DNA of 64,000 nucleotides from Pseudomonadota bacterium (GTDB taxonomy: Bacteria; Pseudomonadota; Gammaproteobacteria; SURF-13). Numbering within the stretch: the first letter of the stretch is position 1; the number at the start of each line of letters is the position of its first letter. Position numbers and translations under genes: made by a program. Positions 10,326 to 19,700 of this stretch are shown piece by piece. The stretch lies in NCBI GenBank assembly GCA_040756035.1, contig JBFLZV010000003.1, positions 11,970-75,969 on the forward strand, read 5' to 3'. The notes below the pieces were generated by a model. It saw only the letters and a list, made by a program, of their open reading frames with translations, had not been told where the DNA came from and made no database searches.

Positions 10326-10503
10326 ATGTTGAAAGAGTCCGCCCAGGACTTTTTCAACTACGCAAAGCAAAAATGTCATTTTTGCTTTGCTCCATTTTTC
10401 AAATACTTGCGCATTTGAAAAATGGCGCTACATCCCTATGGCGCAGGAATCTCTGAATAAATCAGAGATTCCTTAATATTTTTCTTTGCGCCTTTGCGTG
10501 AGG
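10326..10503. repeat. structured intergenic repeat, family B copy 1 (nested hairpins), ending in a terminator-like perfect hairpin GAATCTCTGA-ATAA-ATCAGAGATTC plus T-run
   Basis: Near-identical to 51608-51750 over ~90 bp (TTGAAARAGTCCG..TTTTTCAAC..GCAAAGCAAAAATRTCATTTTTGCTT..). Confidence 0.7.
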
Positions 10504-10506
10504 AAA

Positions 10507-10977
10507 TTATTCTTCCAACAACACCACCGCGTACGCGGCGATGCCCTCCGCGCGCCCGATGAAACCCATGCCCTCGGTGGTGGTGGCCTTGATGTTGACG
10601 CGCGATGCGTCGATGCCGAGATCGGCGCTGAGATTCTTTTGCATGGCCGCGAAGTGCGCAGCGAACTTGGGCGCCTGCGCCAGAATGGTAGCGTCAACGT
10701 TGCCAACCGTCAGCTTGTTTTCGCCGAGTAGCGCCGCGATCTTGCGCAATAAAATGCGGCTGTCGATGTTGCGGTATTCGGCCTGGGAATCGGGAAAATG
10801 CCGCCCGATGTCGCCGAGGCCCGCCGCGCCCAGCAAGGCGTCGCAGACGGCATGTATCAGCACGTCGCCGTCGGAATGCGCCAACAATCCCCGCTCATAC
10901 GGAACGTGCACGCCGCCGACGATTAATTTTCGGCCCGGCGCAAAGGCGTGGGCATCGTAGCCGTGTCCTATTTTCAT
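10507..10977 (-). CDS. ispF: 2-C-methyl-D-erythritol 2,4-cyclodiphosphate synthase
   Basis: MKIGHGYDAHAF...HSDGDVLIHA...; 156 aa. Confidence 0.95.
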   Translation of the reverse strand: MKIGHGYDAHAFAPGRKLIVGGVHVPYERGLLAHSDGDVLIHAVCDALLGAAGLGDIGRHFPDSQAEYRNIDSRILLRKIAALLGENKLTVGNVDATILAQAPKFAAHFAAMQKNLSADLGIDASRVNIKATTTEGMGFIGRAEGIAAYAVVLLEE

Positions 10978-11696
10978 AGACCGCGCTCTTGTTGCATAAG
11001 ATAAAATTCCGCGAGCGGCAAATCCTCGGGATAGGTGATTTTAATATTATCGGCGCGTCCTTCCACGAGTGCGGGTTTGGCGCCGAGCAGAATCATGGCG
11101 GAGGCTTCATCGGTGATGGTTTTACCTTGCGCAATAACGCTCTCCAGCGCATCGAGCAACGGCCCGAAGCGAAACATCTGCGGTGTAAACGCGCGCCACA
11201 ATTTTTTTCTGTCCAATACCTTGAGCGCCCCGCCCTCCTCCATCCACATGGTATCGTTCACGCGTCCGGCGAGAAAACCGCCGTGCGCGTGCGCGGACAG
11301 CGTATGGATGAGCTTGTCGATATCGTCGCGGTGCAGGCACGGACGCACGGCGTCGTGCACCAAAACCCAGTCGCGCGCCTGTGCCAAGCCATTTAATTTT
11401 CCGAGCGCGTTTAACACCGAGTACGCGCGCTCCGCGCCGCCCTCGGCGATGAGCAACGGTTTTTCACCCATGCCGCGGACGAACAGTTTCCTTCCCTCGC
11501 CATCGTGCGCGGCCAGCGCCACGACCATTCCGGAAACGGACGGGTGATTATATAAACGCGCGACGCTGTGTTCTATAACGGTGCGGCCGTGCAACGGCAA
11601 ATATTGCTTGGGACGCGCGCCGCCCATGCGCACACCGGCGCCCGCGGCGGGCACCACCGCCCAGTAGCTCACGGGAGTTAAAGGATTCTGTGACAC
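10974..11696 (-). CDS. ispD: 2-C-methyl-D-erythritol 4-phosphate cytidylyltransferase
   Basis: AVVPAAGAGVRMG...KQYL motif; 4-nt overlap with ispF. Confidence 0.95.
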   Translation of the reverse strand: MSQNPLTPVSYWAVVPAAGAGVRMGGARPKQYLPLHGRTVIEHSVARLYNHPSVSGMVVALAAHDGEGRKLFVRGMGEKPLLIAEGGAERAYSVLNALGKLNGLAQARDWVLVHDAVRPCLHRDDIDKLIHTLSAHAHGGFLAGRVNDTMWMEEGGALKVLDRKKLWRAFTPQMFRFGPLLDALESVIAQGKTITDEASAMILLGAKPALVEGRADNIKITYPEDLPLAEFYLMQQERGL

Positions 11697-11801
11697 GGCG
11701 GTCCGTGGAATTTAGGATGGCGGTTTTAGTTGAACTTTTATAATCAAGATTGATTTGACTGCTAATATAGCATATCACTGCGCTCGACCACATTGAGCGG
11801 A

Positions 11802-12617
11802 CTACGCTCCCGCCTGCGCCGCATCGTAGCCATGCACCCACTGCCGGCACTCGACCCTCCGAGCGCGGCCCTGCACGGCCAACGCGGCGGCATAACCGGG
11901 CAAATCAGGCAAGTCATGGAGCGTCCAGCGCTGTTCCTCGGCGGGATCATCTTGCGCGCCGATCACGCGCGGCGCCTCTCCCGGCGCCAGGGTGACGCTG
12001 AATTGATGCAAGGGAAAGCTCAGGCCCTTGCCCAGGGCTTTGATGTACGCCTCCTTGCGCACCCAGCAGGTAAAAAAAGCGCGCTGTCGTTGCGCCGGCG
12101 GCAACGCGCGCAGCGCGGCGATCTCGCGCGCGGAAAAAAATTGCGCGGCGATGTGCTCGTGTTCCGGTTGCGTCTGAACGCGCTCGAGATCGACGCCGAC
12201 TTCGCGCCCGCGCGCCAGCGCGCAGAGCACCACGCCGTGCGAGTGCGCGTAATTAAAGCGCACATCCGACGGATTGCATTGTTCGAGCAAGGCGGGCTTT
12301 CCGTATTCGTTGTAACCAAAGCGCAAGGCGGCGGGCGGCGTGTTTAAATAGCATCCCAGTAGCGTGCGCAGCAGCCCGCGCGCCGCGATGAATTGCGCGC
12401 GGTCTTTTTGAAAGTGAAAGCGCGCGGCCCTGGCTTGCTCATCCGCGCTTAAAAATTCCCGCCAACGCGAAACGTTGATATCACCTATATGCGCGCGCCA
12501 CACGTGCACCGTATCCGTTTCCAACATGAATCGTTGCGGAATGAGCCGCCGGAGCGGCTGTGTTGCCGACATTGTTCCGTTAACCCGCCAGCGATATGGG
12601 TGGACTGAAATCATCAT
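11802..12617 (-). CDS. Sfp-type 4'-phosphopantetheinyl transferase
   Basis: FNYAHSHGVVLCALARGREVGVDLE and WVRKEAYIKALGKG (PPTase motifs 2 and 3); directly downstream of the NRPS; alternative start at 12572. Confidence 0.85.
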   Translation of the reverse strand: MMISVHPYRWRVNGTMSATQPLRRLIPQRFMLETDTVHVWRAHIGDINVSRWREFLSADEQARAARFHFQKDRAQFIAARGLLRTLLGCYLNTPPAALRFGYNEYGKPALLEQCNPSDVRFNYAHSHGVVLCALARGREVGVDLERVQTQPEHEHIAAQFFSAREIAALRALPPAQRQRAFFTCWVRKEAYIKALGKGLSFPLHQFSVTLAPGEAPRVIGAQDDPAEEQRWTLHDLPDLPGYAAALAVQGRARRVECRQWVHGYDAAQAGA

Positions 12618-15600
12618 CGTGCACCGCTGCCGTTTCTTTTGCCTCTTTTTCCGCCTGCGCCCGCGCCGTACTGATGCAATCGCTTAGGTGCTTGGCCAAC
12701 GTACGCACTTGCGGTTCGCGGAAAATGGTAATGTGGTCACAGTCCAGGCTATAGCTTTCCACGCCGCGCGCAGCCAAGCGCTCCCATTCGCGCTGATAAC
12801 GCGCATGGCGGCGCCGCGTGATGCTCTGGCTCGCCCAAAACAAGGTAATGCGCCCGGGATAAGGGCCGGTCCGATACACCTTTTGCGCCCGCACGTCGGC
12901 GTCGAACACGTACTGCGTGCGCACGGCCTCCGGGATGGTCAAGCCCAGGGCGCGAAATAGTTTGTAGATTCCCCGCTTGCTGCTTAACCGCAATTTCTTG
13001 CCGACTTTTTCCGCAAGATACAATGCTTTTCCCTTGCCATCGAGCAAATTTAGATTATCCCAGTGTTCGCGCAATTTACTGCTGTGGGGCGCCGGCGCAG
13101 AATTGCCTTGCACACATGGGCTGGGGCTGTCGATCAGCGCGAGCAGCGCCACCTGCTGACCTTGCGCGTGAAGTTTGCGCGCCAGTTCAAAGGCGATCCA
13201 GGCGCCGAAGCAAGCGCCGCCTAGATAATACGGCCCTTCGGGTTGCAGCGAGCGTATCGCCTTGAGGTAATTTTCCGCCATGTCTTCCACGCGCGTTAAC
13301 GGCGTTTGTTTACCGTCCAGTCCGGGCGGCTGCAATCCGTAAAACGGCTGATCCGCGCCGAGATGGCGCGCCAGTTGGCGCATCCCGAAAAGATTTCCGC
13401 CCGCGCCGGTGATACCGAAGAAAATGGGCTGCGCGCCCGCGGGCTGAATCGCCACCAGCGGCGACCACGCCGGCGCGCAGCCCTCCTGGCGCAGCAGCAT
13501 GGCCAGCTGTTCGACGGTGGGCGCCTTGAATAGATCGGCCACCGGCAAATTTTTCCCGAAAGTTTTTTTGATGTGCGCAACCAAACGCACCGCCAGCAGC
13601 GAGTGTCCGCCGCGCTCGAAGAAATCGTCGCGCACGCCGATATTGCGCACACCCAGCACCTTTTCCCATATTCTCGTGAGCTGCAACTCCAAATCGTCGC
13701 GCGCGGCCATGTACGTGGACCGCTGCCCCGTCTCCTCCGATCCCGGCAAGGCGTGCTTATCGACCTTGCCGTTGGGGGTGAGCGGCAGGGCCGCGAGGGG
13801 CAACAGGTATTGCGGCAACATGTACGCCGGCAGTTTGCTTTGCAGGTAGGCGCGCAGCGCCTCGGTGTCGCACGCGGCGCCGGCGCGGGGTACGACGTAG
13901 GCGGCGAGGTGTTTGTCGCCGGATGGCTCGTGGCGCGCCACCACCACGCTCTCGCGCACCGCCGGATGTTGCGCGAGCACCGCTTCGATTTCGCCGAGCT
14001 CGATGCGGAAGCCGCGGATTTTGACTTGCCGGTCGCGCCGCCCGAGAAACTCGATGACGCCGTCGGGCCGGTAACGCGCCAGGTCGCCGGTTTTGTAGAG
14101 ACGCTGCCCCGGCGCGTAGGGATGCGGGATGAATTTTTCCGCGGTCAAGTCGGGCTGGTTGAGGTAGCCGCGCGCCAGGCCGTCGCCGCCGATGTACAGT
14201 TCGCCGGGCACGCCGAGGGGCACGGGGTGCAGGCACCGGTCGAGGAGGTAGACGTGGGTGTTGGCGATGGGCCGGCCAATGGGGACGCCGCCGGTTAGGG
14301 GTTGGTCGCGCGGGATGCGGTAACAGCAGGTGAAGGTGGTGTTTTCGGTGGGGCCGTAGCCGTTGATGAGCTGGCAATCGGGAAGATGCTGCAACACCTT
14401 TTGGGCGTGCGGGACGGACAAGACGTCGCCGCCGGCCAAGAGTTGACGCACGGGCTTGAGGGCGTCGAGGCGTTCGTCGACCATTAAATGGAACAGGCCG
14501 GCGGTGAGCCAGAGGATGCTGACCTGGTGCCGGCGCAGAGTTTCGCCGAGCAATTCCAGGGACGGGGTTTGATCGGGTAATAGGACTAAGCGGGCGCCGT
14601 TGAGCAGCGCACCCCAGATTTCGAACGTGGAGGCGTCGAAGGTGAGGGGGGCGGCTTGCAGGAATACGTCGGTGGGGCAAATGTGGACATAGTCGGTGTT
14701 TTTCACCAAGCGCACGACGCCGCGCTGGGGGACGAGCACGCCCTTGGGTTGGCCGGTGGAGCCGGAGGTGTAGAGGATGTAGGCGAGGCTGTCGGCGCTG
14801 GCCTGGCTTACCGGGTTGTGGTCGGGGTAGTGCTGCTGCAAGCTCGGCCAGTCGCTGTCGAGACACAGAGTCGGCACGATACTATCGGGAAGGCGCGCAC
14901 GCAGGTGCGCCTGGGTAAGCAGTAATGTAATGCCGGCGTCTTGCAGTATGAAGCGTTGCCGTTCGGCGGGATACGCGGGGTCGAGCGGGACGTAGGCGGC
15001 CCCGGCTTTGAGGATGGCGACGAGGCCGACGAGCAGGTCGAGCGAGCGTTCCAGACACAGGCCGATGCGCACTTCGGGGCCGGCGCCGTGGGCTTGCAGG
15101 TGGTGGGCGAGTGCGTTGGCGCGCTGGTTGAGTTCGGCGTAGGTGAGCTGGGCGTGTTCATGGACGAGGGCCACGTGGTCGGGGGTGGCCGCGGCTTGTT
15201 GTTCGAAGAGTTGCGCGAGCGTGGCGTCGCGCGGGTAGGGGGTGGCCGTGGCGTTCCCATCGTGCAGCAGGGCTTGGCGCTCCTCTTCGGTGAGTAAGGC
15301 CAGTTCGCTTAGGCGCTTGCCGGGGTGGGCGGAGAGGTCGTCCAACAATACACTAAAATGATCGCATAAGCGCGCGATGGTCGCCGTTTCGAACAGATCC
15401 GTGTTGTATTCGAACGTGACGGTCAATTCCGAACCCGCTTCTTCCGCCACGAATAACGTCAGATCGAACTTTGCCGTTTGATTGTTGACGTTCAACGGCG
15501 TCAGCGTCAGACCCGGAAACTGCACCGTTTGCCGGGTATTGCTTTGCAGGACGAACGCCACTTGAAACAGCGGCGTGTGACCGAGGTTGCGTCCCGGCTG

Positions 15601-16740
15601 CATCGCCTCGACCAACTCCTCGAACGGCAATTCTTGATGATCGTAAGCTTCCAGCGCCGTTTCACGCACGCGTTGCAACGCCTCGCTGAAACTCGGGTCG
15701 CCGGAAAGATCGGTGCGCAGCACCAGCGTGTTGAGAAAAAAACCGATCAGCCCCTCGACTTCGAGCGACAGGCGATTGGAAATAGGCGAGCCGACGATGA
15801 TATCGTCTTGGCTCGTATAGCGATGCAACAACACCTTGAACGCCGCGAGCACGGTCATGAACAAGGTTGCGCCATGGCGTTGACTCAACGCGGCGAGCGC
15901 CTTGCCCAGCGCGGCGGGCAGGCGCCGCGTATACACTCCGCCGCGAAAAGTCTGCATGGCGGGGCGCGGGTGATCGGCTGGCAGTTCCAACATCGACAGT
16001 TCACCGCGCAATTTATTTTTCCAGTAGGCAAGCTGCCGCTCGCGCACGCCCTCTTGCAGGCGTCGCCGCTGCCAGCACGCGAAATCGGCATACTGAATGG
16101 GCGGATCGGCGAGCGGCGCGGCGACGCCGCGCCGGTAGGCGTCGTACAGCGCCGCCATTTCGCGCTTGAGAATGTCGCGCGACCACAGGTCGAACACGAT
16201 GTGGTGCACGTTGAGCAGCAGCACGTGTTCCTGCGCGCCGGCGCGCAGCAGCGTGGCGCGCAGCAGCGGGCCGCGCGCCAGGTCGAACGGCCGGGATGCC
16301 TCCTGGGCGGCGCGGCGCTCGATTTCGGCGGCGCGTGTGTTTTCCGGCGCGTGACTCAAATCGATGACGGGCAATGTTATTTCGCGCGGTGGATGGATCA
16401 CTTGCCGCGGTTCGCCGTCCACGTTTTCAAACGTGCTGCGCAGCGTCTCGTGGCGGCGCATAACTTCGCTGAGCGCGCGTTGCAGCGCGGCGACGTCGAG
16501 CGCGCCGTGCAGTTTCCAGGCGTCGAATACGTTGTACAGGGCGCTGTCCGGGTGCCACTGCTCGAGAAACCATAAGCGTCGTTGCGCGAACGACAGCGGT
16601 GCGTCATCGCCCGCTGCGCGCGGCGTAATGCGCGGCGCCGGCGTCGCTGCGACACCCTGCTCTTCCAGTAACAAGGCAAGCAGCTCTTCTTGCGCGCTGT
16701 TCAAATCCGCCGTGCCACTCCCTTTCATCTCCGCACTCAC
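12580..16740 (-). CDS. NRPS termination module C-A-T-TE (TE with GxCxG)
   Basis: C domain (HHIVFDLWS), A domain (LTYAELN, YTSGSTGQPKGV, NGYGPTENTT, YKTGDLARY, GRRDRQVKIRGFRIELGEIE, LPNGKVD), PCP (FFERGGHSLLAVRL), TE (GITGAGGN...LGGACFGAW); likely start MKGSG/GTG ~16728-16740 after an RBS GGAGGAGAG. Confidence 0.9.
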   Translation of the reverse strand: MSAEMKGSGTADLNSAQEELLALLLEEQGVAATPAPRITPRAAGDDAPLSFAQRRLWFLEQWHPDSALYNVFDAWKLHGALDVAALQRALSEVMRRHETLRSTFENVDGEPRQVIHPPREITLPVIDLSHAPENTRAAEIERRAAQEASRPFDLARGPLLRATLLRAGAQEHVLLLNVHHIVFDLWSRDILKREMAALYDAYRRGVAAPLADPPIQYADFACWQRRRLQEGVRERQLAYWKNKLRGELSMLELPADHPRPAMQTFRGGVYTRRLPAALGKALAALSQRHGATLFMTVLAAFKVLLHRYTSQDDIIVGSPISNRLSLEVEGLIGFFLNTLVLRTDLSGDPSFSEALQRVRETALEAYDHQELPFEELVEAMQPGRNLGHTPLFQVAFVLQSNTRQTVQFPGLTLTPLNVNNQTAKFDLTLFVAEEAGSELTVTFEYNTDLFETATIARLCDHFSVLLDDLSAHPGKRLSELALLTEEERQALLHDGNATATPYPRDATLAQLFEQQAAATPDHVALVHEHAQLTYAELNQRANALAHHLQAHGAGPEVRIGLCLERSLDLLVGLVAILKAGAAYVPLDPAYPAERQRFILQDAGITLLLTQAHLRARLPDSIVPTLCLDSDWPSLQQHYPDHNPVSQASADSLAYILYTSGSTGQPKGVLVPQRGVVRLVKNTDYVHICPTDVFLQAAPLTFDASTFEIWGALLNGARLVLLPDQTPSLELLGETLRRHQVSILWLTAGLFHLMVDERLDALKPVRQLLAGGDVLSVPHAQKVLQHLPDCQLINGYGPTENTTFTCCYRIPRDQPLTGGVPIGRPIANTHVYLLDRCLHPVPLGVPGELYIGGDGLARGYLNQPDLTAEKFIPHPYAPGQRLYKTGDLARYRPDGVIEFLGRRDRQVKIRGFRIELGEIEAVLAQHPAVRESVVVARHEPSGDKHLAAYVVPRAGAACDTEALRAYLQSKLPAYMLPQYLLPLAALPLTPNGKVDKHALPGSEETGQRSTYMAARDDLELQLTRIWEKVLGVRNIGVRDDFFERGGHSLLAVRLVAHIKKTFGKNLPVADLFKAPTVEQLAMLLRQEGCAPAWSPLVAIQPAGAQPIFFGITGAGGNLFGMRQLARHLGADQPFYGLQPPGLDGKQTPLTRVEDMAENYLKAIRSLQPEGPYYLGGACFGAWIAFELARKLHAQGQQVALLALIDSPSPCVQGNSAPAPHSSKLREHWDNLNLLDGKGKALYLAEKVGKKLRLSSKRGIYKLFRALGLTIPEAVRTQYVFDADVRAQKVYRTGPYPGRITLFWASQSITRRRHARYQREWERLAARGVESYSLDCDHITIFREPQVRTLAKHLSDCISTARAQAEKEAKETAAVHDDDFSPPISLAG
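14738..15340. repeat. 603-bp direct repeat copy 1 (C-A linker to core A3 of the A domain), 602/603 identical to 18187-18789
   Basis: Base-by-base comparison of the two stretches; identical 150-aa and 118-aa ORFs in the track (14808..15260 = 18257..18709; 14941..15297 = 18390..18746). Confidence 0.95.
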
Positions 16741-16742
16741 GA

Positions 16743-19700
16743 CTACTCTCCTCCAGCCCGTTTGATCGCCCGCCGCTGCGCCAACTGGGCGCGCACCGCT
16801 TCCGGGCTGAGTTGAGCGACCTCGGTATACAAGCGCGCGCGTGCCTCGAGGCGGGCTGGGTCGGAGACCGTCGCGGTGAGCCGCGCGCATAAGGCGCTCA
16901 CGGAGGGAGCCTCAAACAGGGTGCGCACCGGCACGCTCACCCCCAACGCCTCACGCAGCCGCGCCAACACCTGGATGGCCAGCAACGAGTGTCCGCCGAG
17001 CGCGAAGAAGCCGCTGTGGCGGTCGATTTGCCCGCGGCCTAATACTTGCGCATAGAGCATGGCGATGACCTGTTCGATAGGACCCTCGGGGGCCGCGCCG
17101 GGGACGGGCATAACGCTAGCCTCTACAGGCGGGGCCGGTAAGGCGTTGCGGTCGAGTTTGCCGTGACGGGTAAGCGGGAGCTGGGGCAGGCTGACATAAG
17201 CGCTTGGCAGCAAGTACTCGGGCAGGCGCGCGCTAAGGTGAGCGCGCAGGCTCGCCTCGTCCGGCTTGTCGCCGTCGCGCGCGACGATATAAGCCACCAG
17301 ACGCGCGTCGGCTGCTCCCGGACTCTTGCCCTGCGCGATAATCGTGCGTTCCCGCACATCGCCGGGCGCGTCTTCGCGTACGCTGACGGCGGCGGCTTGC
17401 ACGCCCGGGTGGGTCTGAAGGAGAGCCTCGATCTCGCCCAGTTCGATACGGTAGCCTCTGAGTTTGACTTGGCCGTCCAGGCGCCCGAGATATTCCAGCA
17501 TCCCGTCGGAGCGGCGGCGTACGCGGTCGCCGGTTTGGTAAAGCCGTGCCCCCGGCTGGTAGGGGTCAATCACAAAACGCTGGATGGTGAGATCGGGGCG
17601 ATTGAGATAGCCACGTCCGACCCCCGTCCCGCCGATATAGAGTTCGCCCGCCACGCCCACGGGCACGGGCTGGCGCTCTGCGTCAAAAATGCGTAGGCCG
17701 ACATGCGGGAGGGCGTGGCCGAGGTGTGGGGTGCTGCCGGGGGTGAGGCGCGCGAAGGTAGCGTCCACGGTGCATTCGGTGGGACCATAGAGGTTATAGG
17801 CGGCCCAGTCGGGACAGGCGGCAATCGCCTCCCATAGACCGGACACGAGGGCCTCGCCGCCGATGAGCAGGCAGATTGGGCGGTAGGTGTCCGGGGCGAG
17901 CAGGCCGGCCTGGGTGAGCAAGGTAAGCTGGGTCGGCGTGGTATCGAGGACGTCGATGCGCGCCGTGGCAAGGTACTCCAGCAGGGCCGCGCCGTCCGGG
18001 CGGCAGGCCTCGGGCACCAGGCACAGGGTGTGACCGCTCAGCAGTTGCAGCCATTGTTTGACGGAAGTGTCGAAATAGATCGGACCGTTGAGGCTCACGC
18101 GCAGAGGTCGCGCGGGCGCGAGGTCGTGATAGACGGTATCGGCCAGGGCCTGGTGCAAATGAACCAGAGCGCCGTGTTCGATCATGACGCCCTTGGGTTG
18201 GCCGGTGGAGCCGGAGGTGTAGAGGATGTAGGCGAGGCTGTCGGCGCTGGCCTGGCTTACCGGGTTGTGGTCGGGGTAGTGCTGCTGCAAGCTCGGCCAG
18301 TCGCTGTCGAGACACAGAGTCGGCACGATACTATCGGGAAGGCGCGCACGCAGGTGCGCCTGGGTAAGCAGTAATGTAATGCCGGCGTCTTGCAGTATGA
18401 AGCGTTGCCGTTCGGCGGGATACGCGGGGTCGAGCGGGACGTAGGCGGCCCCGGCTTTGAGGATGGCGACGAGGCCGACGAGCAGGTCGAGCGAGCGTTC
18501 CAGACACAGGCCGATGCGCACTTCGGGGCCGGCGCCGTGGGCTTGCAGGTGGTGGGCGAGTGCGTTGGCGCGCTGGTTGAGTTCGGCGTAGGTGAGCTGG
18601 GCGTGTTCATGGACGAGGGCCACGTGGTCGGGGGTGGCCGCGGCTTGTTGTTCGAAGAGTTGCGCGAGCGTGGCGTCGCGCGGGTAGGGGGTGGCCGTGG
18701 CGTTCCCATCGTGCAGCAGGGCTTGGCGCTCCTCTTCGGTGAGTAAGGCCAGTTCGCTTAGGCGTTTGCCGGGGTGGGCGGAGAGGTCGGCGAGCAGCGT
18801 CTGGTAGTGCCGCGCCCAGCGTTCGATGGTCGCGGCGTCGAATAGGTCGGTGTTGTAATCCCATTGTACGCGGAACTCGCTGCCCGTCTCGACGATGTTC
18901 ACCTTGAGATCGAAGTTAATATTCTTTTTCGGATTACTGCGAGCTTCCACGTGCAAGTCGTGGAACATTAGATGATCCTGTGCATAATCCACGTTGAACG
19001 TCACCGTGGTAAGCGGCGTTCTGCCGGGATCGCGCGTGACGTTGAGTTTCTCCAGTAAACTCCCGTACGTGTAGTGTTGATACTCATGAATATCCAGAAC
19101 GGCGGCCTTTATCTCTTTTAGAAAGTCGGCTGCTTTTTTCTCGCCCATCACGGGTCGCCGCAGCGGTAGAAAATTCACGCAGTGGCCGACCAGACTGTCG
19201 CCGCTTACCGGAATTTGCCCGGCGGCGGGAATGCCGACCACGATGTCTTCCTGCCCGCTCATGCGATGCAGGAAAACCTCAAACGCCGCCAGCAACATGC
19301 AGAATAACGTGCAACTATGCCGCATCGCCGCGCGCTTTATATCTTGATAAAGTGGTTGCCCGATACTGAAAACATAGCGCGCGCCGTTATAAGTGAGCAC
19401 GGGAGGACGCGGGCGGTCAGTGGGCAACTCCAGCGCCGCAACCGGTTCGGAAAACTGTTGCACCCAGTAAGTCTCGGCGGCGACGCGCTCCGGGCTTTGC
19501 GCCTGCTCTGCTTGCAGGCGTGCGTACTCGCTGAATTGCATGGGCGGCGCCAGCGCCGCGTCCGTGCCCGTGCACGCCGCCGCGTAAAGCGCGCCGAGAT
19601 CGCGCAGCAGCACGCCCACCGACCAGCCGTCGCACACGATATGATGCGCGGTAATGAGCAAAAAGTGATGCAAATCTTCCAGCTTCACCAAGTGGAAGCG

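Noticed and set aside
13757-14866. 369-aa Pro/Arg-rich minus-strand ORF, plus similar long ORFs (15478..16575, 20262..21227, 21336..22925, 23340..24923, 24988..26340, 27403..28272) inside the NRPS/PKS genes
   Set aside because: These are alternative-frame or antisense artefacts of >65% GC coding sequence. The annotated frames carry unmistakable NRPS/PKS core motifs.
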